Shown: in pieces, positions 1 through 11,700 of the stretch
Layout of the letters: each line of letters opens with the position of its first letter
How positions within the stretch are numbered: position 1 is the first letter of the stretch
NCBI RefSeq assembly: GCF_009914755.1
Contig: NC_060944.1
Strand: one strand, 5' to 3'
From: the human T2T-CHM13v2.0 reference genome, Homo sapiens
DNA: 64,000 nt
Notes under the pieces: model-generated
What the model was told of the DNA's origin: nothing
The model's input: the letters and a program-made list of their open reading frames with translations, nothing else
Database searches by the model: none
Translations under genes and position numbers: made by a program

Positions 1-320
1 TTCATGTAAACTCTAGACAGAAGCATTCTCAGAAACTGCTTTGGGATGTTTCAATTGAAGTCCCAGTGTTGAACATTCCCATTCATAGAGCAGGTTTGAA
101 ACACTCTTTTTGTACTATCTGGAAGTGGACATTTGGAGCGCTTTCAGGTCTACGGTGAAAAAGGAGATATCTTCCAATAAAAACTAGATAGAAGCAATGT
201 CAGAACTTTTTTCATGATGTATCTACTCAGCAAACAGAGTTGAACCTTTCTTTTGAGAGAGCAGTTTTGAAACACTCTTTTTGTGGAATATGCAAGTGGG
301 TATTAGGCCAGCTTGGAGGA

Positions 321-337
321 TTTCGTTGGAAACGGGA
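321..337 (+). other. CENP-B box, intact (repeated at this offset in each HOR)
   Basis: TTTCGTTGGAAACGGGA matches the core nTTCGnnnnAnnCGGGn. Confidence 0.95.
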
Positions 338-658
338 ATACGTATAAAAAGCAGACAGCAGCATTGTCAGAAACTACTTTGTGATGTTTGCATTCAAGTC
401 ACAGAATTGAACACTCCCTTTCACAGAGCAGGTTTGAAACACTCTTTTTGTAGTGTCTGTAAGTGAACATTTGGATTGCTTTCAGGCCTAAGGTGAAAAA
501 GGAAATATCTTCCCATAAAAACTAGACAGAAGCATTCTCAGAAACTTGTTTGTGATGTGTGCCCTCTACTGACAGAGTTGAACCTTTCTTTGCAAAGAGC
601 AGTTTTGAAACACTCTTTTTGTAGAATCTGCAAGAGGATATTTGGATAGCTTTGAGGA

Positions 659-675
659 TTTCTTGGGAAACGGGA
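659..675 (+). other. Degenerate CENP-B box, fixed in all 16-mers
   Basis: TTTCTTGGGAAACGGGA: the core TTCG is changed to TTCT. Confidence 0.9.
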
Positions 676-1000
676 ATGTCTTCAGATAAACTCTAGACAG
701 AAGCATTCTCAGAAACTTCTTTGGGATGTTTCAATTGAAGTCACAGTGTTGAACATTCCCTTTCACAGAGCAGGTTTGAAACACTCTTTTTGTAGTGTCT
801 ATAAGTGAACATTTGGCGTGCTTTCAGGCCTAACGTGAAAAAGGAAATATCTTCCCATAAAAACTAGACAGAAGCATTCTCAGAAACTTGTTCTTGATGT
901 GTGCCCTCTACTGACAGAGTTGAACCTTTCTTTGCAAAGAGCAGCTTTGAAACACTCTTTTTGTAGAATCTGCAAGAGGATATTTGGATAGCTTGGAGGA

Positions 1001-1017
1001 TTTCGTTGGAAACGGGT
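1001..1017 (+). other. CENP-B box, core intact
   Basis: TTTCGTTGGAAACGGGT retains all 9 core positions. Confidence 0.92.
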
Positions 1018-1341
1018 ATGTCTTCAGATAAACTCTAGACAGAAGCATTCTCAGAAACTTCTTTGGGATGTTGCATTCAAGTCACAGAGTAGAACATTCC
1101 CATTCATAGAGCAGATTTGAAACACTCTTTTTGTAGTATCTGGAAGTGGACATTTGGAGCGCTTTCAGGCCTATGTTGAAAAAGGAAATATCTTCCCATA
1201 AAAACTAGACGGAAGCATTCTCAGAAACTTATTTGTGATGTGTTTGCTCAACTAACAGGATTGAACCATCGTTTTGAAGGAGCAGTTTTGAAACACTGTT
1301 TTCGTGGAATCTGCAAGTGGATATTTGGCTAGCTTTGAGGA

Positions 1342-1358
1342 TTTCGTTGGAAACGGGA
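1342..1358 (+). other. CENP-B box, intact
   Basis: TTTCGTTGGAAACGGGA. Confidence 0.95.
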
Positions 1359-1679
1359 TTACATATAAAAAGGAGACAGCAGCATTCTCAGAAACTTCTT
1401 TGTGATGTCTGCATTCAATTCACAGAGTTGAGCATTCCCTTTCATAGAGCAGGTTGGAAACACTCTTTTTGTAGTATCTGGATGAGGACATTTGGAGCGC
1501 TTTCAGGCGTATGGTGAAAAAGGAAATATCTTCCCGTAAAAACTAGACAGAAGCATTCTCAGAAGTTTATTTGTGATGTGTGCCCTCAACTAACAGAGTT
1601 GAACCTTTCTTTTGATAGAGCAGTTTTGAAACACTCTTTTTGTAAAATCTGCAAGAGGATATTTGGATAGCTTTGAGGA

Positions 1680-1696
1680 TTTCGTTGCAAACGGGA
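1680..1696 (+). other. CENP-B box variant, core intact
   Basis: TTTCGTTGCAAACGGGA: the G>C change is at a non-core position. Confidence 0.88.
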
Positions 1697-2021
1697 ATGG
1701 CTTCATATAAACTCTAGACAGAAGCATTCTCAGAAACTTCGTTGGGATGTTTCGATTGAAGTCCCAGTGTTGAACATTCCCTTTTATAGAGCAGGTTGGA
1801 AACACTCTTTCTGCATTCCCTGGAAGTGGACATTTGGAGCGCTTTCAGGACGACGGTGAAAATGGAAATATCTTCCAAGAAAATCTAGATAGAAGCAACG
1901 TCAGAAACTTTTATGTGATGGATCTACTCAGCTAACAGAGTTGAACCTTTCTTTTGAGAGAGCAGTTTTGCAACACTCTTTTTGTGGAATATGCAAGTGG
2001 ATATTAGGGCAGCTTTGAGGA

Positions 2022-2038
2022 TTTCGTTGGAAACGGGA
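2022..2038 (+). other. CENP-B box, intact
   Basis: TTTCGTTGGAAACGGGA. Confidence 0.95.
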
Positions 2039-2359
2039 ATACATGTAAAAAGCAGACAGCAGCATTCTCAGAAACTTCTTTGTGATGTTTGCATTGAAGT
2101 CACAGAGTTGAACATTCCCTTTGAGAGAGCAGGTTTGAAACACGCCTTTTGTCATATCTGGAAGTGTCCATTCGGAGCGCATTCAGGCTTGTGTTGAAAC
2201 AGGAAATATCCTCCCATAAAAACTAGACAGAAGCATTCTCAGAAACTTATTTGTGATGTATGTACTCAACTAACAGAACTAAACCATCGTTTTGAAGGAG
2301 CAGTTTTGAAACACTCTTTTTGCGGAATCTGCAAGTGGATATTTGGCTAGCTGGGAGGA

Positions 2360-2376
2360 TTTCGTTGGAAACGGGA
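2360..2376 (+). other. CENP-B box, intact
   Basis: TTTCGTTGGAAACGGGA. Confidence 0.95.
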
Positions 2377-2526
2377 TTACATACAAAAAGCAGACAGCAG
2401 CATTCTCAGAAACTTCTTTGTGATGTTTGCATTCAAGTCACAGAGTTGAACATTCCCTTTCATAGAGCAGGTTTGAAACACTCTTTTTGTAGTATCTGGA
2501 TGTGGACATTTGGATCGCTTTCAGGC

Positions 2527-2543
2527 CTATGGTGAAAAAGGAA
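2527..2543 (+). other. pJalpha (A-box) motif in an A-type monomer; variants occur in the other A monomers
   Basis: CTATGGTGAAAAAGGAA matches CTAyGGTGrAAAAGGAA and sits at the position equivalent to the CENP-B box in the alternate monomers. Confidence 0.8.
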
Positions 2544-2697
2544 ATATCTTCCCATGAAAACTAGACAGAAGCATTCTCAGAAACTTATTTGTGATGTGTG
2601 CCCTCAACTGACAGTGTTGAACCTTTGTTTTGATAGAGCAGTTCTGAAACACACTTTTTGTAAAATCTGCAAGAGGATATTTGGATAGCTTTGAGGA

Positions 2698-2714
2698 TTT
2701 CGTTGGAAACGGGA
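2698..2714 (+). other. CENP-B box, intact
   Basis: TTTCGTTGGAAACGGGA. Confidence 0.95.
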
Positions 2715-5700
2715 ATGTCTTCATGTAAACTCTAGACAGAAGCATTCTCAGAAACTGCTTTGGGATGTTTCAATTGAAGTCCCAGTGTTGAACATTCCCA
2801 TTCATAGAGCAGGTTTGAAACACTCTTTTTGTACTATCTGGAAGTGGACATTTGGAGCGCTTTCAGGTCTACGGTGAAAAAGGAGATATCTTCCAATAAA
2901 AACTAGATAGAAGCAATGTCAGAACTTTTTTCATGATGTATCTACTCAGCAAACAGAGTTGAACCTTTCTTTTGAGAGAGCAGTTTTGAAACACTCTTTT
3001 TGTGGAATATGCAAGTGGGTATTAGGCCAGCTTGGAGGATTTCGTTGGAAACGGGAATACGTATAAAAAGCAGACAGCAGCATTGTCAGAAACTACTTTG
3101 TGATGTTTGCATTCAAGTCACAGAATTGAACACTCCCTTTCACAGAGCAGGTTTGAAACACTCTTTTTGTAGTGTCTGTAAGTGAACATTTGGATTGCTT
3201 TCAGGCCTAAGGTGAAAAAGGAAATATCTTCCCATAAAAACTAGACAGAAGCATTCTCAGAAACTTGTTTGTGATGTGTGCCCTCTACTGACAGAGTTGA
3301 ACCTTTCTTTGCAAAGAGCAGTTTTGAAACACTCTTTTTGTAGAATCTGCAAGAGGATATTTGGATAGCTTTGAGGATTTCTTGGGAAACGGGAATGTCT
3401 TCAGATAAACTCTAGACAGAAGCATTCTCAGAAACTTCTTTGGGATGTTTCAATTGAAGTCACAGTGTTGAACATTCCCTTTCACAGAGCAGGTTTGAAA
3501 CACTCTTTTTGTAGTGTCTATAAGTGAACATTTGGCGTGCTTTCAGGCCTAACGTGAAAAAGGAAATATCTTCCCATAAAAACTAGACAGAAGCATTCTC
3601 AGAAACTTGTTCTTGATGTGTGCCCTCTACTGACAGAGTTGAACCTTTCTTTGCAAAGAGCAGCTTTGAAACACTCTTTTTGTAGAATCTGCAAGAGGAT
3701 ATTTGGATAGCTTGGAGGATTTCGTTGGAAACGGGTATGTCTTCAGATAAACTCTAGACAGAAGCATTCTCAGAAACTTCTTTGGGATGTTGCATTCAAG
3801 TCACAGAGTAGAACATTCCCATTCATAGAGCAGATTTGAAACACTCTTTTTGTAGTATCTGGAAGTGGACATTTGGAGCGCTTTCAGGCCTATGTTGAAA
3901 AAGGAAATATCTTCCCATAAAAACTAGACGGAAGCATTCTCAGAAACTTATTGGTGATGTGTTTGCTCAACTAACAGGATTGAACCATCGTTTTGAAGGA
4001 GCAGTTTTGAAACACTGTTTTCGTGGAATCTGCAAGTGGATATTTGGCTAGCTTTGAGGATTTCGTTGGAAACGGGATTACATATAAAAAGGAGACAGCA
4101 GCATTCTCAGAAACTTCTTTGTGATGTCTGCATTCAATTCACAGAGTTGAGCATTCCCTTTCATAGAGCAGGTTGGAAACACTCTTTTTGTAGTATCTGG
4201 ATGAGGACATTTGGAGCGCTTTCAGGCGTATGGTGAAAAAGGAAATATCTTCCCGTAAAAACTAGACAGAAGCCTTCTCAGAAGTTTATTTGTGATGTGT
4301 GCCCTCAACTAACAGAGTTGAACCTTTCTTTTGATAGAGCAGTTTTGAAACACTCTTTTTGTAAAATCTGCAAGAGGATATTTGGATAGCTTTGAGGATT
4401 TCGTTGCAAACGGGAATGGCTTCATATAAACTCTAGACAGAAGCATTCTCAGAAACTTCGTTGGGATGTTTCGATTGAAGTCCCAGTGTTGAACATTCCC
4501 TTTTATAGAGCAGGTTGGAAACACTCTTTCTGCATTCCCTGGAAGTGGACATTTGGAGCGCTTTCAGGACGACGGTGAAAATGGAAATATCTTCCAAGAA
4601 AATCTAGATAGAAGCAACGTCAGAAACTTTTATGTGATGGATCTACTCAGCTAACAGAGTTGAACCTTTCTTTTGAGAGAGCAGTTTTGCAACACTCTTT
4701 TTGTGGAATATGCAAGTGGATATTAGGGCAGCTTTGAGGATTTCGTTGGAAACGGGAATACATGTAAAAAGCAGACAGCAGCATTCTCAGAAACTTCTTT
4801 GTGATGTTTGCATTGAAGTCACAGAGTTGAACATTCCCTTTGAGAGAGCAGGTTTGAAACACGCCTTTTGTCATATCTGGAAGTGTCCATTCGGAGCGCA
4901 TTCAGGCTTGTGTTGAAAAAGGAAATATCCTCCCATAAAAACTAGACAGAAGCATTCTCAGAAACTTATCTGTGATGTATGTACTCAACTAACAGAACTA
5001 AACCATCGTTTTGAAGGAGCAGTTTTGAAACACTCTTTTTGCGGAATCTGCAAGTGGATATTTGGCTAGCTGGGAGGATTTCGTTGGAAACGGGATTACA
5101 TACAAAAAGCAGACAGCAGCATTCTCAGAAACTTCTTTGTGATGTTTGCATTCAAGTCACAGAGTTGAACATTCCCTTTCATAGAGCAGGTTTGAAACAC
5201 TCTTTTTGTAGTATCTGGATGTGGACATTTGGATCGCTTTCAGGCCTATGGTGAAAAAGGAAATATCTTCCCATGAAAACTAGACAGAAGCATTCTCAGA
5301 AACTTATTTGTGATGTGTGCCCTCAACTGACAGTGTTGAACCTTTGTTTTGATAGAGCAGTTCTGAAACACACTTTTTGTAAAATCTGCAAGAGGATATT
5401 TGGATAGCTTTGAGGATTTCGTTGGAAACGGGAATGTCTTCATGTAAACTCTAGACAGAAGCATTCTCAGAAACTGCTTTGGGATGTTTCAATTGAAGTC
5501 CCAGTGTTGAACATTCCCATTCATAGAGCAGGTTTGAAACACTCTTTTTGTACTATCTGGAAGTGGACATTTGGAGCGCTTTCAGGTCTACGGTGAAAAA
5601 GGAGATATCTTCCAATAAAAACTAGATAGAAGCAATGTCAGAACTTTTTTCATGATGTATCTACTCAGCAAACAGAGTTGAACCTTTCTTTTGAGAGAGC

Positions 5701-8700
5701 AGTTTTGAAACACTCTTTTTGTGGAATATGCAAGTGGGTATTAGGCCAGCTTGGAGGATTTCGTTGGAAACGGGAATACGTATAAAAAGCAGACAGCAGC
5801 ATTGTCAGAAACTACTTTGTGATGTTTGCATTCAAGTCACAGAATTGAACACTCCCTTTCACAGAGCAGGTTTGAAACACTCTTTTTGTAGTGTCTGTAA
5901 GTGAACATTTGGATTGCTTTCAGGCCTAAGGTGAAAAAGGAAATATCTTCCCATAAAAACTAGACAGAAGCATTCTCAGAAACTTGTTTGTGATGTGTGC
6001 CCTCTACTGACAGAGTTGAACCTTTCTTTGCAAAGAGCAGTTTTGAAACACTCTTTTTGTAGAATCTGCAAGAGGATATTTGGATAGCTTTGAGGATTTC
6101 TTGGGAAACGGGAATGTCTTCAGATAAACTCTAGACAGAAGCATTCTCAGAAACTTCTTTGGGATGTTTCAATTGAAGTCACAGTGTTGAACATTCCCTT
6201 TCACAGAGCAGGTTTGAAACACTCTTTTTGTAGTGTCTATAAGTGAACATTTGGCGTGCTTTCAGGCCTAACGTGAAAAAGGAAATATCTTCCCATAAAA
6301 ACTAGACAGAAGCATTCTCAGAAACTTGTTCTTGATGTGTGCCCTGTACTGACAGAGTTGAACCTTTCTTTGCAAAGAGCAGCTTTGAAACACTCTTTTT
6401 GTAGAATCTGCAAGAGGATATTTGGATAGCTTGGAGGATTTCGTTGGAAACGGGTATGTCTTCAGATAAACTCTAGACAGAAGCATTCTCAGAAACTTCT
6501 TTGGGATGTTGCATTCAAGTCACAGAGTAGAACATTCCCATTCATAGAGCAGATTTGAAACACTCTTTTTGTAGTATCTGGAAGTGGACATTTGGAGCGC
6601 TTTCAGGCCTATGTTGAAAAAGGAAATATCTTCCCATAAAAACTAGACGGAAGCATTCTCAGAAACTTATTTGTGATGTGTTTGCTCAACTAACAGGATT
6701 GAACCATCGTTTTGAAGGAGCAGTTTTGAAACACTGTTTTCGTGGAATCTGCAAGTGGATATTTGGCTAGCTTTGAGGATTTCGTTGGAAACGGGATTAC
6801 ATATAAAAAGGAGACAGCAGCATTCTCAGAAACTTCTTTGTGATGTCTGCATTCAATTCACAGAGTTGAGCATTCCCTTTCATAGAGCAGGTTGGAAACA
6901 CTCTTTTTGTAGTATCTGGATGAGGACATTTGGAGCGCTTTCAGGCGTATGGTGAAAAAGGAAATATCTTCCCGTAAAAACTAGACAGAAGCATTCTCAG
7001 AAGTTTATTTGTGATGTGTGCCCTCAACTAACAGAGTTGAACCTTTCTTTTGATAGAGCAGTTTTGAAACACTCTTTTTGTAAAATCTGCAAGAGGATAT
7101 TTGGATAGCTTTGAGGATTTCGTTGCAAACGGGAATGGCTTCATATAAACTCTAGACAGAAGCATTCTCAGAAACTTCGTTGGGATGTTTCGATTGAAGT
7201 CCCAGTGTTGAACATTCCCTTTTATAGAGCAGGTTGGAAACACTCTTTCTGCATTCCCTGGAAGTGGACATTTGGAGCGCTTTCAGGACGACGGTGAAAA
7301 TGGAAATATCTTCCAAGAAAATCTAGATAGAAGCAATGTCAGAAACTTTTATGTGATGGATCTACTCAGCTAACAGAGTTGAACCTTTCTTTTGAGAGAG
7401 CAGTTTTGCAACACTCTTTTTGTGGAATATGCAAGTGGATATTAGGGCAGCTTTGAGGATTTCGTTGGAAACGGGAATACATGTAAAAAGCAGACAGCAG
7501 CATTCTCAGAAACTTCTTTGTGATGTTTGCATTGAAGTCACAGAGTTGAACATTCCCTTTGAGAGAGCAGGTTTGAAACACGCCTTTTGTCATATCTGGA
7601 AGTGTCCATTCGGAGCGCATTCAGGCTTGTGTTGAAAAAGGAAATATCCTCCCATAAAAACTAGACAGAAGCATTCTCAGAAACTTATCTGTGATGTATG
7701 TACTCAACTAACAGAACTAAACCATCGTTTTGAAGGAGCAGTTTTGAAACACTCTTTTTGCGGAATCTGCAAGTGGATATTTGGCTAGCTGGGAGGATTT
7801 CGTTGGAAACGGGATTACATACAAAAAGCAGACAGCAGCATTCTCAGAAACTTCTTTGTGATGTTTGCATTCAAGTCACAGAGTTGAACATTCCCTTTCA
7901 TAGAGCAGGTTTGAAACACTCTTTTTGTAGTATCTGGATGTGGACATTTGGATCGCTTTCAGGCCTATGGTGAAAAAGGAAATATCTTCCCATGAAAACT
8001 AGACAGAAGCATTCTCAGAAACTTATTTGTGATGTGTGCCCTCAACTGACAGTGTTGAACCTTTGTTTTGATAGAGCAGTTCTGAAACACACTTTTTGTA
8101 AAATCTGCAAGAGGATATTTGGATAGCTTTGAGGATTTCGTTGGAAACGGGAATGTCTTCATGTAAACTCTAGACAGAAGCATTCTCAGAAACTGCTTTG
8201 GGATGTTTCAATTGAAGTCCCAGTGTTGAACATTCCCATTCATAGAGCAGGTTTGAAACACTCTTTTTGTACTATCTGGAAGTGGACATTTGGAGCGCTT
8301 TCAGGTCTACGGTGAAAAAGGAGATATCTTCCAATAAAAACTAGATAGAAGCAATGTCAGAACTCTTTTCATGATGTATCTACTCAGCAAACAGAGTTGA
8401 ACCTTTCTTTTGAGAGAGCAGTTTTGAAACACTCTTTTTGTGGAATATGCAAGTGGGTATTAGGCCAGCTTGGAGGATTTCGTTGGAAACGGGAATACGT
8501 ATAAAAAGCAGACAGCAGCATTGTCAGAAACTACTTTGTGATGTTTGCATTCAAGTCACAGAATTGAACACTCCCTTTCACAGAGCAGGTTTGAAACACT
8601 CTTTTTGTAGTGTCTGTAAGTGAACATTTGGATTGCTTTCAGGCCTAAGGTGAAAAAGGAAATATCTTCCCATAAAAACTAGACAGAAGCATTCTCAGAA

Positions 8701-11700
8701 ACTTGTTTGTGATGTGTGCCCTCTACTGACAGAGTTGAACCTTTCTTTGCAAAGAGCAGTTTTGAAACACTCTTTTTGTAGAATCTGCAAGAGGATATTT
8801 GGATAGCTTTGAGGATTTCTTGGGAAACGGGAATGTCTTCAGATAAACTCTAGACAGAAGCATTCTCAGAAACTTCTTTGGGATGTTTCAATTGAAGTCA
8901 CAGTGTTGAACATTCCCTTTCACAGAGCAGGTTTGAAACACTCTTTTTGTAGTGTCTATAAGTGAACATTTGGCGTGCTTTCAGGCCTAACGTGAAAAAG
9001 GAAATATCTTCCCATAAAAACTAGACAGAAGCATTCTCAGAAACTTGTTCTTGATGTGTGCCCTGTACTGACAGAGTTGAACCTTTCTTTGCAAAGAGCA
9101 GCTTTGAAACACTCTTTTTGTAGAATCTGCAAGAGGATATTTGGATAGCTTGGAGGATTTCGTTGGAAACGGGTATGTCTTCAGATAAACTCTAGACAGA
9201 AGCATTCTCAGAAACTTCTTTGGGATGTTGCATTCAAGTCACAGAGTAGAACATTCCCATTCATAGAGCAGATTTGAAACACTCTTTTTGTAGTATCTGG
9301 AAGTGGACATTTGGAGCGCTTTCAGGCCTATGTTGAAAAAGGAAATATCTTCCCATAAAAACTAGACGGAAGCATTCTCAGAAACTTATTTGTGATGTGT
9401 TTGCTCAACTAACAGGATTGAACCATCGTTTTGAAGGAGCAGTTTTGAAACACTGTTTTCGTGGAATCTGCAAGTGGATATTTGGCTAGCTTTGAGGATT
9501 TCGTTGGAAACGGGATTACATATAAAAAGGAGACAGCAGCATTCTCAGAAACTTCTTTGTGATGTCTGCATTCAATTCACAGAGTTGAGCATTCCCTTTC
9601 ATAGAGCAGGTTGGAAACACTCTTTTTGTAGTATCTGGATGAGGACATTTGGAGCGCTTTCAGGCGTATGGTGAAAAAGGAAATATCTTCCCGTAAAAAC
9701 TAGACAGAAGCATTCTCAGAAGTTTATTTGTGATGTGTGCCCTCAACTAACAGAGTTGAACCTTTCTTTTGATAGAGCAGTTTTGAAACACTCTTTTTGT
9801 AAAATCTGCAAGAGGATATTTGGATAGCTTTGAGGATTTCGTTGCAAACGGGAATGGCTTCATATAAACTCTAGACAGAAGCATTCTCAGAAACTTCGTT
9901 GGGATGTTTCGATTGAAGTCCCAGTGTTGAACATTCCCTTTTATAGAGCAGGTTGGAAACACTCTTTCTGCATTCCCTGGAAGTGGACATTTGGAGCGCT
10001 TTCAGGACGACGGTGAAAATGGAAATATCTTCCAAGAAAATCTAGATAGAAGCAATGTCAGAAACTTTTATGTGATGGATCTACTCAGCTAACAGAGTTG
10101 AACCTTTCTTTTGAGAGAGCAGTTTTGCAACACTCTTTTTGTGGAATATGCAAGTGGATATTAGGGCAGCTTTGAGGATTTCGTTGGAAACGGGAATACA
10201 TGTAAAAAGCAGACAGCAGCATTCTCAGAAACTTCTTTGTGATGTTTGCATTGAAGTCACAGAGTTGAACATTCCCTTTGAGAGAGCAGGTTTGAAACAC
10301 GCCTTTTGTCATATCTGGAAGTGTCCATTCGGAGCGCATTCAGGCTTGTGTTGAAAAAGGAAATATCCTCCCATAAAAACTAGACAGAAGCATTCTCAGA
10401 AACTTATCTGTGATGTATGTACTCAACTAACAGAACTAAACCATCGTTTTGAAGGAGCAGTTTTGAAACACTCTTTTTGCGGAATCTGCAAGTGGATATT
10501 TGGCTAGCTGGGAGGATTTCGTTGGAAACGGGATTACATACAAAAAGCAGACAGCAGCATTCTCAGAAACTTCTTTGTGATGTTTGCATTCAAGTCACAG
10601 AGTTGAACATTCCCTTTCATAGAGCAGGTTTGAAACACTCTTTTTGTAGTATCTGGATGTGGACATTTGGATCGCTTTCAGGCCTATGGTGAAAAAGGAA
10701 ATATCTTCCCATGAAAACTAGACAGAAGCATTCTCAGAAACTTATTTGTGATGTGTGCCCTCAACTGACAGTGTTGAACCTTTGTTTTGATAGAGCAGTT
10801 CTGAAACACACTTTTTGTAAAATCTGCAAGAGGATATTTGGATAGCTTTGAGGATTTCGTTGGAAACGGGAATGTCTTCATGTAAACTCTAGACAGAAGC
10901 ATTCTCAGAAACTGCTTTGGGATGTTTCAATTGAAGTCCCAGTGTTGAACATTCCCATTCATAGAGCAGGTTTGAAACACTCTTTTTGTACTATCTGGAA
11001 GTGGACATTTGGAGCGCTTTCAGGTCTACGGTGAAAAAGGAGATATCTTCCAATAAAAACTAGATAGAAGCAATGTCAGAACTCTTTTCATGATGTATCT
11101 ACTCAGCAAACAGAGTTGAACCTTTCTTTTGAGAGAGCAGTTTTGAAACACTCTTTTTGTGGAATATGCAAGTGGGTATTAGGCCAGCTTGGAGGATTTC
11201 GTTGGAAACGGGAATACGTATAAAAAGCAGACAGCAGCATTGTCAGAAACTACTTTGTGATGTTTGCATTCAAGTCACAGAATTGAACACTCCCTTTCAC
11301 AGAGCAGGTTTGAAACACTCTTTTTGTAGTGTCTGTAAGTGAACATTTGGATTGCTTTCAGGCCTAAGGTGAAAAAGGAAATATCTTCCCATAAAAACTA
11401 GACAGAAGCATTCTCAGAAACTTGTTTGTGATGTGTGCCCTCTACTGACAGAGTTGAACCTTTCTTTGCAAAGAGCAGTTTTGAAACACTCTTTTTGTAG
11501 AATCTGCAAGAGGATATTTGGATAGCTTTGAGGATTTCTTGGGAAACGGGAATGTCTTCAGATAAACTCTAGACAGAAGCATTCTCAGAAACTTCTTTGG
11601 GATGTTTCAATTGAAGTCACAGTGTTGAACATTCCCTTTCACAGAGCAGGTTTGAAACACTCTTTTTGTAGTGTCTATAAGTGAACATTTGGCGTGCTTT

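Larger units (their letters stand above)
1..2719 (+). repeat. Reference HOR unit U1: 16 monomers (8 dimers)
   Basis: TTCATGTAAACTCTAGACAG recurs at 2720. CENP-B box spacings of 338, 342, 341, 338, 342, 338, 338 and 342 bp sum to 2719. Confidence 0.97.

Noticed and set aside
176-181. AATAAA polyadenylation-like signal once per HOR
   Set aside because: It is a one-base variant of the CCCATAAAAA monomer motif in AT-rich DNA, and no transcript evidence is available from sequence alone.
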